A stretch of DNA of 62,899 nucleotides, filler included, from Vannella sp. (GCA_023345925.1; 8 parts of 8 records of this genome joined end to end with filler, not necessarily neighbours in it), one strand, 5' to 3'. Positions 22,452 to 35,821 are shown, counted from the whole stretch's first letter. The notes: generated by a model not told the origin, from the letters alone. Translations and numbers: made by a program.

Positions 22452-23576
22452 ATGGCTCATAACAAGCCCTTCCAGAAGAAGTTAGAGAAAGTGGCTCGAT
22501 CGAGAGGGGTTTGTCGCTGTTTCGAGGTTCCTCGAGCTCTAGAGCGCGTCCAACGATGTCACTTGGTTCGCACTCTATGTAGTGAGCTTGATACAGCAGC
22601 CCTCCTTTCCGGGAACGGAATGAAGGGTGCCATTCCCCCACCCAGGGGACAGGAGTGGTGGGATGGAGAAGGTTGGCTCATTTTGATGTTGGTGGACATC
22701 GATTGGCCTGAAGGGGACGTTGAGGGTCGTTCTGGGTCGGTTGTGATCATCTTTGGATGGTTTGGGGCGAGGAAAGGGCAGCTTACGCGGTATTCTCGCA
22801 TGCTTTGTAAGCAAGGCTATGTGGTTGGTCGATGTGTGATGCCACCAGGTGCTGTACTCGGCTTGGATTCGCGGAGGCGGGAGTTTGTGGAAGGGGTTCT
22901 CGAAGAGATGGACCAGGCGTTGCCCCCAGGTCGTACAGACTTGATTGTATACTGCTTCAGCAACGGAGGTACTCTTGCGTACGAGCAGATCCTCCTTTCA
23001 GCGAATCTACGTCAATTTGTGGTGAAAGGGGTGGTGATTGACAGTGCCCCAGGGCAAATGTGCTTCTCTAAAGCTTATCTCACTCTTTGGGCGATGAAGA
23101 ACCATACACTAACTGTATGTACACATCTTGTGGCACTTCTATCGCAAGCAGGAGTCTTCCAAGCCTTCAAACAAGCAACTGGCCTTCTTCTTCCCAACTG
23201 GTCTGCCATGCAGCTGAACGTAGCAGCCTCTCTCTCCCTTATTATGAGTTGGATACTTGTTTCGGTGATACTCGCGCGAAGAAACACTCAGTATTGGACC
23301 CGCCTGGCCCAATCGCCAAGTGACTATCCTGAACTCTATCTCTACTCGGATACCGACCGCTTGTGCGAAGCACACGTTATTGAGAAGCTCGTTCGATCAA
23401 GGAGAGATCGTCAACCTCATCTCATCCAGAGCAAGCGCTTTGAGGGATCTGCTCATGTTCAACACTTTCTCCGCTTTCCAGCCGAGTATGAGACAACGCT
23501 TTCCCTCTTTCTTTCTCTTTGCCACTCTCGCCTCTCATTGAGAGGTGCTGCCACACTTGCGAACCGGTCCCCTTGA
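22452..23576 (+). CDS. TMEM53/DUF829 alpha/beta-hydrolase-fold protein
   Basis: VIIFGWFGA, FSNGG, IDSAPG, LYLYSDTDRL, SAHVQH; start uncertain. Confidence 0.88.
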   Translation: MAHNKPFQKKLEKVARSRGVCRCFEVPRALERVQRCHLVRTLCSELDTAALLSGNGMKGAIPPPRGQEWWDGEGWLILMLVDIDWPEGDVEGRSGSVVIIFGWFGARKGQLTRYSRMLCKQGYVVGRCVMPPGAVLGLDSRRREFVEGVLEEMDQALPPGRTDLIVYCFSNGGTLAYEQILLSANLRQFVVKGVVIDSAPGQMCFSKAYLTLWAMKNHTLTVCTHLVALLSQAGVFQAFKQATGLLLPNWSAMQLNVAASLSLIMSWILVSVILARRNTQYWTRLAQSPSDYPELYLYSDTDRLCEAHVIEKLVRSRRDRQPHLIQSKRFEGSAHVQHFLRFPAEYETTLSLFLSLCHSRLSLRGAATLANRSP

Positions 23577-23781
23577 ATGAAGAACCTCTTTTGGTCTCAA
23601 ACTCACTTCCAACCCTAACTGGGGCTGGCCTCAACAAGGAGACTCACTCAGTTGATGCAGTTGTGTAGTAATGACATCCCTGGCAGCAGTGAGCTGAGAT
23701 AGAAGATGTTCTGAGAAGGCTGGATGGGGAATAGACAGGTATATTGATACAGAAGCATGTACATAGTGGCCTAAGAAGGCC

Positions 23782-24383
23782 TTAGTGTGATTTTGTGAAG
23801 GGAGCCCATAGTCTAGGGCGGACGGCTCGGCGCAGCTTAGAAGTGATGGTTTCTGTGGGATTGGACGTTTCGGGGACGACGCTCACGTCGAAGAAGGAGT
23901 GTTGCATTACTTGACTCATTGAGGGCCTCTTGTCTCCATCTTCCACAAGCATGAAGTTCAAGAGGCTGATAGCTTGGTACGAAAGCTTTCGGTTCTGGCG
24001 GTAGAGAGTACTGAACTGTTCGGGAGAGAATTGTTGAGTACAGTCCGCTTCACAGGCGTCATAAGGGAAGAATCCAGTGAGCATGACATGCAATAGAATG
24101 CCCAAACTCCACACATCAGCCGCTTCTGGAGAGAATGGTTGTTCGAATGCCATCTCAGGACAGGTGTAGCCTGGAGTTCCGCGGCGTCCTCGGTACTTCT
24201 TGCCAGATTTGTACTCAACTGAGGCTCCAAAGTCGCACACAACGGGGAGCCCGTCGGCGTTCAAAAGGATGTTTTCGGGCTTGATGTCAAGATGAGCCAG
24301 ATGGACTTGATGCATGTTGTACGCTCCCACGCAGATGGAATGGAACAGTCTGACCGTCGCGTCTTCGTCAGGGCGTTGGTGAG
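23782..24383 (-). CDS. CAMK-type Ser/Thr kinase, 5'-truncated by the contig end
   Basis: AHLDIKPEN, CDFG, GTPGYTCPE, DVWSLG. Confidence 0.9.
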
Positions 24384-24483
24384 NNNNNNNNNNNNNNNNN
24401 NNNNNNNNNNNNNNNNNNNNNNNNNNNTTAATTAATTAANNNNNNNNNNNNNNNNNNNNNNNNNNNNNNNNNNNNNNNNNNNN
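24384..24483. other. Artificial contig spacer
   Basis: N44-TTAATTAATTAA-N44. Confidence 0.99.
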
Positions 24484-25918
24484 TATCTGTCTCATACTTC
24501 TTATAGTATTTAGATGATCTCGTATTCTACCGCTCGGCCAACTTGGGCCAAAATCGAATTGAAGATGTCGATCAACGCATTACCCAGGACGTAACAAATT
24601 TCAGTACCCAGGTGCGTTGATCGACATCTGAGCGTGTCCAACCTATTCTCATGCAGAGTTGTGGATGCTAGCTGGTGCAGATTTACGGGAATCTTCTGAA
24701 GCCCATCCTGGAAGTGATCTTGTACAGCCGAACTCTCGCGAACCTGATGGGAGGTCGTCAATTGGCAGGCTTCTTTGTCTTTTTGTGCTCGCGGGACAGA
24801 TTCTTCGCTCTGTCATGCCTCCGTTCTCTGCTTTGACTGCAGAAACTCAAAGGGTGGAAGGAGAGTTCCGGTCACATCATCACCGAGTCATTGGCCATGC
24901 AGAGGAGATTGCCTTCTATGGCGGGGGTGACCGAGAGCGTCAGCTGATTGAAAGCAGCTTTGCAAAAGTCAAGCGAGTGATCAAGAAAACCTTGGCCCTT
25001 CGAGCCATCATGGGTGTGTTGGACCAGTATTTGGTCAACCATGGCGCTGCTATGACTGCCTACTCCATGATGATGCCTGCAGTATACTTGGGTCTGCAGG
25101 GTCTTAAAGACAAGTCAGCACCAGCCATAATGCAGTACTATTTGACCAGTACTTCTCTCTTCCTTGCCTTGGGAGAGGCTTGCAAACACTTAGTACTAAG
25201 CTACAAGCGAGTGCAGGATCTCTCTGGACTTACTGAGCGGGTCAGTGAGCTTTTCGATATGCTCAGACGTCGTGCAGGTGGCTTTGATGGTCGAGAAGAT
25301 GTGGAACAGATGAAGGCTTTGGCCCTAAAAGACGGCACACGATTGGGCGGGCCGCCAAAGGTGGTCATTGGAACGCACATTAAGTTCGAGAATGTCGACC
25401 TCTTCTCCCCCACAGGCGCTCTGTTGGTACGCGGCCTTAACTTTGCTGTTAGGGGGAAATCCAATGTCCTTATCAGTGGCCCCAATGGGAGCGGAAAGAG
25501 TTCTCTTTTCCGGGTCTTGGGAGGCCTTTGGCCTGTCTGCTCTGGCACTTTAACCAAGCCAGCCAAAGACAAGCTCTTTTACATCCCGCAACAACCCTAC
25601 TTGGCCCCTGGAAACCTGCGTGACCAAGTGACTTACCCGTTGTGTCTGGGCCACTCCCAAGATGATGGGCACCTCCGAGAGCTCATGCAAATGGTCAATC
25701 TGGAGTATCTCATTGAGCGCGAGGGTGGTTGGGACAGTGAACGAGAATGGGCGGATGTCCTCAGCGGAGGAGAGAAGCAGCGAGTGGCCATGGCCCGCCT
25801 CTTCTACCATTGTCCAGCTTTCGGCATTTTGGTGAGCTTCTTCCCCTTCTTGGGGGTTCTGTTGCTCATGGGAGTACAGGATGAATGCACTAGCGCGGTG
25901 AGCATGGACGTGGAGTAG
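24484..25918 (+). CDS. Peroxisomal ABC transporter (ABCD family), partial; 3' end apparently missing
   Basis: EGEFR...HAEEIAFYGG (EAA motif), Walker A GPNGSGKS, signature LSGGEKQR, DECTSAVS. Confidence 0.88.
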
Positions 25919-26985
25919 GCCTCCGTATCGGTATCCAAATACTCGGTACTACCGAGACTGGCTGCTGAATGATGGCATTATTACAATTTGCAACCAAATT
26001 CTGTGAATGATCAGTACTGCGGGCTGTGCTGTCATTCTCATGTCTCAAGAAGAGGGAGGAGGGGGGTTTAACATGTCGCCTAAAAGACCCGACCTTCTTG
26101 CGGCCTCGCTTGCCTCGTGGCATCAAGACTGACTTCTTTCCACCAATCAGAAGCCGTTTGATCAACTGACCAATGAGAGAGGGGGGGCCATTGGTCTAAA
26201 ATGAGAAGGCTCAGTCGAGGAACGACCGATGACCTCGCCACTTCAACAGGATCTTTTTTAGAGTGTTTATGAAGATATGAGAGAAGCTCGAAGGAGCTCT
26301 CGATCGGAGAGCAGAGATATCCGCAGAAAAGGAGCAAAAGTTGGAAAGGGGGCCACATGAAACTGGGAATGAGAAAATCCACCAACAGGCGACCATCCAC
26401 TTGCGCAACGAGGACCTTCAGAAAAGGGCCCCAAAATCGATGGCGAGTGGTTAGAATCGTATTTATATATGTTTTTAGGTTTTCAACTTTCTGCGTCCTA
26501 TTGCGTGACAGGTCGCCCAGGCTTGGACTTAATCTTTGTTTCAGCTTATTGACGAAAAAACTGAAGTTTTAAGGATCGCAAAGCTGACAGTTTTTGCTTA
26601 CACCGCCAGTCCTTGCCATCCCGAAGATCCTGGATCGGGCGCAACATCAGTGATCACGCACCATCTTGATCTGTCAGTCACTCGATGACCTAACCACCCT
26701 GAAGGTGTCCGGTGATGGAGAAAGACGGAGGGAAAAGTGATTTCATGATTAATGAGCTCAAACGCACGACAATGAAAGTGCAGGATCTTTCCAAGCTTGG
26801 TCGAGTAATGTGCTTGCCAGACCATCTCTGGGAATCCTCAACTATTCGAGAGCCAGCAGAAAGACCGTCATCGCCACCCTGGAGCGCAGACGTCACGTGA
26901 CAAAAGCTAGTTCTTTGATGAAGGTTGACTGGTCCCTCTCCGGAGACTCTTCCTTTGGTTCGCTTTATTCATCGCTTGAAGGGAG

Positions 26986-28611
26986 CTAGGAAATGATGTA
27001 GTAGGGCTTGGGAGGGTTGAAGCCGTTGAAGCTGCTGGCAGCAGCGGACGTGTACGCTCCCATGTTGAAGAAGTAGATGTGATCACCAATCTCCATGTCA
27101 GGGAGTTCCACATCCTTACAGACCACATCGATCGAGTCGCAAGTAGGACCGAACAAGGTCGACTTGGACTCGCGCTCAAGAGAGGGAGTCCCCACAGGTG
27201 TTACGGAGGGGCTCTCCACTGGGGCTGCTTCTGGGAGTGCCTCGCGGATGGGAGACTTCTCCTTGCCCATGGCGTGGGGAGTGGGTCGGTAGTAGTCGAA
27301 GAACATGTTGTTGAAGGAGCCGTACACTCCATCAGAGATGTAGTAATCGACGTAAGGCTCCTCTTCACCGCTCTTCTCGTCAAGGTGCTTGCGGTCACGG
27401 CGAGCGATGACTGTGGTAACCAAGACGACGCACTCACTCGCGAAATAGCGACCGGGTTCAGCAATCACTCGGATGTCGGGGGAAGGGAAGAGTTCCTCCA
27501 GAGCGACAGCAATCGAAGTGGCGATCTCCGAGAAGATGACAGTTTCGGTGTCGGATCCCAGAAAGCCGCCTCCAATGTCGAGTAAGTGCATGGGGTGTCC
27601 CAAGCCCTCAGCAATATCAAACACTTGGCGCGCCAGCACGAGGGTGTTGCGGTAGGCCTCGCCGGATTGGCAGCCACTTCCAACGTGGAAGCTAACACCA
27701 ATCACCTCCAAGTTCAGTTCATAAGCAAGCTTCAAGAGAGGCTCCACTTCATCCACGCGTGCTCCAAACTTGGAGCCAAAGCGCATGGTGGAGTGAGAGT
27801 CATCAGAGAGGATGCGGAGAACCATCTGAGCGTTGGGATAGAACTTGTGTACCTTCCTAAGCTCCTCTTGATTGTCAAAAGTCATCTTTGCGATGCCTTT
27901 TTCGTTAGCAAAGCGGACGTGCTCTCCCATCTTGCAAGGATTGGCAAAGATGATGTTGTCGGGCACTTGCTTAGCAGCAAGACCCTTTTGCATCTCTGGC
28001 ATACTCGCAGTATCGAGACCAGCGCCACAAGCGACCAAGGTGTTGATCAAGAATGGGTCTGGATTGCACTTGACTGCGTAGAAAGGCTGTACTCGCGGCA
28101 GGTACTCTTTGAAGTACTTGAACTTGAGGATAACAGTGGTGAGATCCACCAAGTAGAAGGTATCGCAGCCCGTGGCGAGGATATTCTGGATCTTCTCCTC
28201 AAGACGCGCAGAGTGGGAGACTTTGGAGACCGAGTCGGCCAGTCCAACATCCTTCAGATGCGCAAGAACGCGAGTGCGAAGGTCTTTGTACGCTTGATCA
28301 AGGTCCTCGGAGTCCTCAAGAACGTCTTCAGTGATGGAGGTGACTTCCACGTTGTTCTTCTTGGCTCGCTTCTTCTTCTTCAGCTTAGTAGAGGGCTTGC
28401 CGGACTGAGCTTTAGGTGAAGGCTTGGTGGCTTTGGTGTTCTTCTTCTTCTTCGAGCGCAGAACCATCCCCTTCTTGTCCGCATTCGGCAGGGTCTCGTA
28501 GCTGCGCAATCAGATCAATGAACGCCATTCACAAGCTCCCCTCTCGTATGGAGCCCAGAGATCTTACGAGAGGAGGACCTGGATTTCAGCAGCGGGTTCA
28601 GTCACGGTCAT
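26986..28611 (-). CDS. ODC1: Ornithine decarboxylase
   Basis: PFYAVKCN (PLP Lys), FHVGSG, LDIGGG, AEPGRY, FGPTCDS, NMGAYT. First exon 28568-28611, intron 28502-28567. Confidence 0.95.
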
Positions 28612-28823
28612 CGCGGTTCAGCCAAAGACGAAACGAAAATGAATAAGATTCGGCAGAACCCACCAATCAAAGGCAACAAACAATTCTTAGGGTTCGGGAG
28701 CAACCAATCAACAGGGAGGAGAATAAGTATCCAATTATGAAGGAACTCCTTTGGGCTTCATCCAGGTTCTCACGATAGATCGGTTTCCAGCGCATCAGCA
28801 AGTGCAAGAGGACAACGCCCAAA

Positions 28824-28923
28824 NNNNNNNNNNNNNNNNNNNNNNNNNNNNNNNNNNNNNNNNNNNNTTAATTAATTAANNNNNNNNNNNNNNNNNNNNN
28901 NNNNNNNNNNNNNNNNNNNNNNN
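28824..28923. other. Artificial contig spacer
   Basis: N44-TTAATTAATTAA-N44. Confidence 0.99.
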
Positions 28924-29200
28924 CTTCTTCTCTTTCTTCGCCTTCTTCTCCTTCTTGTCCTTCTTCTCCTTCTTGGGCTCGTCCTCGCCGCCTTCCTTGT
29001 CCTTCTTCTCTTTCTTGTCCTTCTTGTCCTTCTTCTCTTTCTTAGGCTCGTTCTCGTCGCCCTCCTCCTTGTCCTTCTTGTCCTTCTTGTCCTTCTTCTC
29101 CTTCTTGTCCTTCTTCTCCTTCTTGGGCTCGTCCTCGTCAGCATCCTTGTCTTTCTTGTCCTTCTTCTCCTTCTTGTCCTTCTTGGGCTCGTCGACTTCC
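28924..29200 (-). repeat. Coding tandem repeat of KK(D/E) triplets with (D/E)EPK units
   Basis: Repeated CTTCTTGTC / CTTCTTCTC on the plus strand. Confidence 0.9.
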
Positions 29201-29659
29201 TCCTTCTTGGACTCTCCTTCCGGCTGCTCTGAAACAAGAGCGCCTCGTTCTATCGGGACATCCCCACCTTCGGCCTTTTCAAGAACAGACCGGTCAGATG
29301 ACTGCTCAGGAACTGATGAGGTTTGGTACTTTCGAAGGAGAGCTTCCTTCTCGTTTCTGATGGACTCGACCTCCTGCAGAACGAGTAAGTTTGAGAGGAA
29401 GTTTCGCGCTTTGACTTGCCTTTCTGATGTCCGCAACCTCCTTAATGGCCTCCACAGTGTTGCGGATGGAGTCGACTTCCTGTGGAATGAGTTAGTGCGA
29501 AGGAGTCTGCGTTCGGCTTCCGCCGTACCTTTCTGATGTCAACAGTCTCCTTGATTGTCGCTGCAGTGTTGCTGATGGACTGGAGCTCTTCCCGTATTGC
29601 GATTAACTCAGCCTATGTCATGTCAAAGAGGGATGAGGCGGAGAAAGGAGACCCACCAT
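28924..29659 (-). CDS. Coiled-coil plus Lys/Asp/Glu-rich repeat protein, 3'-truncated
   Basis: Exons 29657-29659 (ATG), 29529-29612, 29420-29479, then 29373 to the contig end. The third intron is GC-AG. Confidence 0.75.
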
Positions 29660-29780
29660 GGCACGAAACGAAATGAAATGTAGCCGGAGGCCGGTCACAA
29701 AACCACAGGAGCCATTGAAGAAAATTTGCGTAGATTAGATTTATAAAAGAAAGGGTGCTTACACAAGAGGGGTGGGCTGC

Positions 29781-30576
29781 TTAAGCGTCATCCTCCTCGT
29801 CGTCATCGGCATCATCGTTGCCCATGTCAGAAGTCCAGAGGGTCAAGTTGTCCCTCAGAAGTTGCATGATCAGAGTGCTGTCTCGGTAAGACTCCTCAGT
29901 CAATGAATCAAGCTCGGAGATAGCGTTGTCAAAAGCTTGCTTGGCGACGCTGCAAGCCTTCTCAGGGGCGTTGGCAATCTCGTACAGGAAGACGGAGTAG
30001 TTCAGCGCAAGGCCAAGGCGGAGGGGGTGAGTAGTGGGAATGTGTTCTCCAGCGATTTCCTCAGCGACCTTGTAGGCATTGGCGGCTTCCTCAGCAGCGT
30101 TATCACGAGCCTCACCAGTGCTGTACTCGGCCATGTAACGGTGGTAGTCACCCTTCATCTTGTTGAAGAAAACCTTGGACTCCTCAGAGGTGGAGTTAGC
30201 AAGAAGGTGGTTGTCGAGAAGGTCGAGGACATCCTTGCAGAGAGTGCTCAGCTCGTCCTCAATCTTCTTCTGGAGGTTGGTGGCGAGAGAAGTGTAGGCG
30301 GTCTCAGTCTGCTTCTGGAGGATGGAAGAGAGGATTCTCCAGGAAGAACGGCGAGATCCAATGACATTCTTGTAGGCGACGGAGAGGAGGTTTCGCTCCT
30401 CGACGGAGAGCTCACCCTCGCTTTGGGCGACCTTCTTCATGTACTCAACCATGTCTAAAATCGCAAAAATGTGAGAAGAGTCTCAAGGGGTGAGGAATGG
30501 CATCCTGACCTTCGTAACGCTCAGCCTGGTCAGCAAGCTGGGCCATGGCAACATTCTCTTCACGCTCGGAGGACAT
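29781..30576 (-). CDS. 14-3-3 protein
   Basis: [43 protein letters not shown]; intron 30455-30509. Confidence 0.97.
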
Positions 30577-31288
30577 ACTGAACAGAAAACAATGAGACAA
30601 AAAGGCGAAGCTTCCGCTTTACCAAAATTTTTCGTCAGCCAATCAGAGATGCCCGAAAATATCCGTCAAAGCTTCCCTCAAAAAATCCCCCGATAAAAAT
30701 CTACTTGTCTTATGTTTCAATTGAAGCGAAAAACAGGGTTTACTAATTGGGACAGAAAACACTCGAAGTAATCAATCCTTGCGTCCCAGTTCGAAATGGA
30801 ACAAAGAAATGGAGATAAGGAAACAGTAAGATGGAAATGAGGATCGCATTTCCTTCCTTGCTAGAAGATGGAAAAGTCGGGGACTTTGGCGGCATTTCCC
30901 TTGTGGATGCCGCAGCTCACCTCCCTGACAGCACGTTCGGGGCTGGGATCTGGAGATAGTGTGAGGGAATGTCAAGTTGGAAGGAAATGGGAGGCTAACA
31001 AGGGCTAGATCTACGAAATGGTGGTGGACGGTGAAGCGTTCACCACCTCAACGGGCGCTCTTCAATCTCTCTCGGCTCATATCGTCTCCAAGTTTCCGAG
31101 CCTCTCTCACATGAGGCCATCATGCGTCTCCAACGAAGGTGGCTGGAGTTCATACTTTTCCTTCAACTCTTCCCGTTTACCCATGGAAGCAGACGTTCTC
31201 ATCCCCAAGATCCAAGTGAGGCAGCTTTTGATCGTTCTCTCTGGTGGAATCTTATCCAACGTAGAGCATTCTCAGCTGTGAAGAGCTG

Positions 31289-33694
31289 ATGGCCGATGAA
31301 GATGTTAGAAAGTGGCTTCTTCAATCAGATACTTTCAAAGGAGACTCGGCCTTGCCATTGGGGGCCAAAAGGTCCCCTTTGTCCCTTTGTTCATTACCAG
31401 AGGACACCAAAGTCTCTTTTCTACGGTTTACATTAGGATTGACTTCCAATTGGTACACCAAAAGCGAGTTAGGGGAAACTGTTGCTTCGTCCCCGACAGG
31501 TCTTTTGTCACAGAAACTTATTGGATTGGTTCTTTGCGAGTTACAGCTTCCAACAGATATCATCAACGCCTCTTTAGAAGTGGCTACGGAGGATGCTGCT
31601 CGCTCATCCCATCAAATGGTGTGGGAAATTTGGCTGGAGCTTTGCAGCAGGCAAAAGAGTCAGGCCCCTCTATGGAAATGTGCAGATGAACCCAATGCTC
31701 AGCCTTTTTACTCAACAGAGGAGCACATTGACAGGTCTGAGGACTTTGAAGAGGTTATTGCACTCTCCTTTGACACCCCACCCCCAAGCCCTCAAGGACC
31801 CCTTCCAGACGAGTTCAGTGAAAGCCATTTGCTATCGATACCCACCAAAGTCATTGTTGACTTGCGGCAAAGACCAGAAGAGGAACGACTTACCCTAATT
31901 TGGGCTCTCTTTGTGTTGGCCATCCAAAGTAATGGAGGTCTGGATGCGCAGAGCCAGGTCACATTCATAGTAGCTGCACTTCTCTTGAACGTCTCTATAG
32001 AGAGAGTGCACGAATTTGAGTCTCGATTCGCGGAGCAAATGGCTCTCCCGACCGACCAGTCTCTTCCTAACCTCGGAATAACGCCACTTAACGGTGAGTC
32101 CGATGGAAGGTGGTGGAAAATAGGATTAGGCGCTGCCGTAGGGGGCTCTCTTCTCTTGGCAACGGGAGGATTTGCAGCGCCTGTTATCTTACCGGCTGTG
32201 GGGAATCTCGCGTAAGTAACAAGAGAGAAAAGGCGAATCCCTGACTTACACCCAACCTCTAGGTCCATGGCCGCGGCAACAGCTGGTGCAGTGGGATTAG
32301 GCACTCTTTCTGCTTCAATTACGATTGGCTCGGCCACTTTGATTGCGGGCGGGGTTCCTTTGGTAGCCAGCGTATTTGGGGCAGCAGGAGCTTCTTTGTT
32401 TTCTTACAAAGTCCACCTGCTTACCAAGGGGGTGGGCGAATTCGCCTTCCTTCAGGTGCCTTTTGAAGAAGCGGTTCCTACCTCTGAGGAGCAGAACATT
32501 CTTGAGCGGATTGACTACCAAGTCGACGCTGCTGTTGAGAGATTGGCTTCTGTTCTATCTCATCCGCAGGTAGTCTTTGACATCTATCGTGAAAGCCAGG
32601 AGCCTGAGGATCCAAAACAACCAAGTCCACGTAAATTGAACGAAGAAGCCATCATCGAGATGATAACTGACTTTGAGTTGATTCAAGATTCGTTGGGAGG
32701 AAGTTTGACCCCAATTCCCATGCCAGCGGCAGACTCCATCCCTTCTAGCGAGATTGAAGAGGACAAAAAGAAAGCGCAGGAGATAGTGGACCAGCTGGAA
32801 GCCAGTTTAGTGGATTTGCGAAGAGAATTGGAGAGGACCACGGTCGTCATTCCTCAAGTGATATCGGAAGAGACAGACCGGTGCGTGTCTATCCTCCGTA
32901 ACCCAGATTATCCTCCTCGGGTACAAGTTTGCGTGTGCGTTAGCGGCTGGATTTGGTCCGAAGCTGATTTTTCGTCAACCTGGGCGCCACTTTATGGCCA
33001 ACACTCTTCAACAGAGCTATTTTCGCTGCGCTGGGAGTCAAGCGAGTTACAAGAGCTTGGTAGACACTTTCTATCAGCTGCTGCTGCGGGTGTAGTCACA
33101 AAAGTGGCTCAAAACTATGCGATGAGGACCGTTTTTGCGAGCACTCTTTCTGCTTTGGCTCTTCCCATGACGGCTTTGCAACTCTCTGGTCTTATTGGGC
33201 ATCCTTGGAACGTAGTTTTTAACCGGGCTAGAAAGTGTGGGAAGCTCTTGGCTCACACTCTTATCAACAAGGTGTTAGGGTACCGTCCAGTGACTTTAGT
33301 GGGCTTTTCCCATGGTGCTCGGCTCCTCTTTCACTGTCTTGAGGAGCTGGCTCGATGTAAAGCTATGCATCTGATAGAAAACGCGTATCTGATGGGAGCT
33401 CCTGTGACTAACGACGGAGAAAGATGGAAAAACATCCGCCAAGTCGTCAGCGGACGGTTGGTGAATGCGTTCTCGCCTTCCGATTGGATTCTCGCGTTAC
33501 ACCAGACTGCCCGCGCAGAGTACGGTCTTGCAGGACTTCAACCTGTATGTTGCTTTGGGGTAGAGAACGTGAACATCTCCACAGCAGTCCCTGGACACTT
33601 GCTTTACCGCAAAAGCATTTCGGCCGCTCTCCAACTCTGTCACTTTGGCCACTCCGTCCCGGAGGCGCAGTTTCTCTATTCTGGGGTCTCGTAA
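31289..33694 (+). CDS. TMCO4/DUF726 family membrane protein (hydrolase-like), spliced
   Basis: IGLGAAVGGSLLLATGGFAAP, LRWES, RPVTLVGFSHGAR, VVSGRLVNAFSPSDW. Intron about 32212-32262; further 5' exons possible from about 31018. Confidence 0.88.
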
Positions 33695-33767
33695 ACGATA
33701 CATTGAATGAAGTGGGTGCTCTTGGAAGTGAAGGGGAGGTGAGTTTGGGTCATTTGTTGGTGTCGCG

Positions 33768-35792
33768 ATGGACGTGGCGTGGCCTCAGCTGGGAGGGAAG
33801 CGTCCTAAAGACTTTGGGAAGGCCTGGGATACTCTATTTGAGCTAAAGAAGCTCACTGGTGAGCTAATGGAACTCAAAAACAAGGTGAGAGACCTCGCTG
33901 AGGTGGAAGAGGGGCGAAGCTTACCTCTTTAGAAGGGGGCTTTGGCACAGGCAACAGCTCTGGTTCGTATAGAAGGGGCATATTTCAATGTCCTATACTC
34001 ATGGTGCTTAGGAGCGTCAAGCCAAGCTGCTAATGGTTCGCCTTAAGCGAAGCAACCAAACCGCTCATTTGGACTTGGACGCAGAGCAGAAGCTTCAGGA
34101 AGAGGAAGCTCGATCTATCTCACATCTGAGAAGGGAGCTCCACAACTTGGTGTACGAGCGCAGCTGCATCCAGGAGGAGATAGAAGGCTGCCAGGCGCAC
34201 AGGGCCAAGCACGAAGATCTCGACATCCTTCCCGCCTCTGCCATTGCCCCAGCACTCTTGGAAGAGGCCAAGGGTGATGAAGAGAAGGTCTTGAAGCTCC
34301 GACTCCAAGCGGAGTGTGCGGAGCGCCAGAAGATGTGCGAGCGCATTAAGGAACTGCGGGCCAGGAAGGAGCAGCTGCTCAAGAGTGGGAAGGAGAAGGC
34401 GTCTTTCTTCGATGGCATCCAATCGCACGTGGTTCAGCTGAGGGACATTGTCGAGCCTATCCGCAAGCAGCTGTCAGCGGAGCAAATGGAGCTTCACGAG
34501 AACACGGAGCTGGCGCAGAAGCTACCCAGTGCTTTGTATGTCATCTACTACCAGGCTGTAGTCTACGCTGCGGCCCATCCTGCGCAGATGCGAGTGGAGA
34601 TCAACGGGGACCGCGAACAAGCAGACCATTACCTCCAACAGCAGAGCCGGGGCGGGGATGAAGATGGCGAGTTGGTGGACACCTTTGATCGCCACCCTCT
34701 CTCTGTGAGCTGCACTGTGCTGCCTCCGCAAGAGAGACTCTCGCCCATCACTGCCAAGTTCCACTATTTGACTCGCCTTCAAGTAGTAACGGGTAAGCAG
34801 CGGCCCTGGCGCTTAGGAGACGGGTTCATAACAGTCTGGAACTTAGTGACAGAGAAGGACACGGAGAAAAGTCCCTTCCGACCCTTCCTGGGCTCTTTGT
34901 ATCCAAATGATTCCGGCAACAGCTCGCCCAATCCAGCCACAGCGTCTCTCTTACCTTCTGGGTATATTTCCTCTCTCTTTGACATGCGCTGGACTCTAAA
35001 GCGTTGGTCAGATTCGCCTTCAGCTCGACGAGGAAGGAAGGAAAGCCTTACAAGTTTGCTCAGCAACTGGCAGGATTGCGCGTTCTTACGGAAGAGCTTC
35101 CCAACGCAGCGCTTCCTTTTGAAGTACCCAGTCAGAGCCTGGGGCCTCCCCAGGCTATGGAGTTATTCGTCACTTCCATTCGATTCCGGATGGAAGCGTT
35201 TGAGGCTTTGCACGAACAAATCAAAACCTTGCGAGGAGGCGCAGTTCCACAAGTTGGCAATTACAAGGAAGCACGCGGGGTCACACTCAAATCCTGCACC
35301 AAAATCTCCCGCAGAGACTATGTGGAGGAGATGGAGCGGGTGCACCAGGGCGACATTCATTTGGATTCCTTGGCATTTGAAGACCAAGAGCATTCCAGTT
35401 ACCTTCTGCTTACGGTAGAGCCAACAGGGAACTCAGCAAATAAGAGCATCCGGGTGGTGGTGCACATCAGTATGAGTTATCCTTTCGTCCCGCCTCTCTT
35501 CACGCTCCTCCCGTCTTCTTCCACCGCCAAGTCCGATTTGCCCGAGTTTGTGCGAAACTCTGTTCCGATTGGGAACAAGTCGCCTCGGCTTGCCCGCTCT
35601 AACGATCCGGTTCTCGATGTAAGTCCGTGAAAGGGGGAAGAGAGTGTGACTGATGGATTGGGATCGTTCAAGGAGGTTGAGCGCCAAGTGAATGTACAAG
35701 GGCAGTTGGTTGGGTCCGAGCAAATGTCCCTTTTGGCTGTTCAAGTGACTCGCTTGATGAGTTTGTTGGCGGAGTATTTTGCTCGCGGATAA
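33768..35792 (+). CDS. THOC5: THO complex subunit 5 (FMIP family), spliced
   Basis: LHNLVYERSCIQEEI, LRLQAECAERQ, LPSALYVIY, HPLSV, LYPNDSGNSSPNP, KPYKFAQQLAGL. Confidence 0.88.
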
Positions 35793-35821
35793 GAAAGGTG
35801 ACTTTATTACAACTCTGCTGG

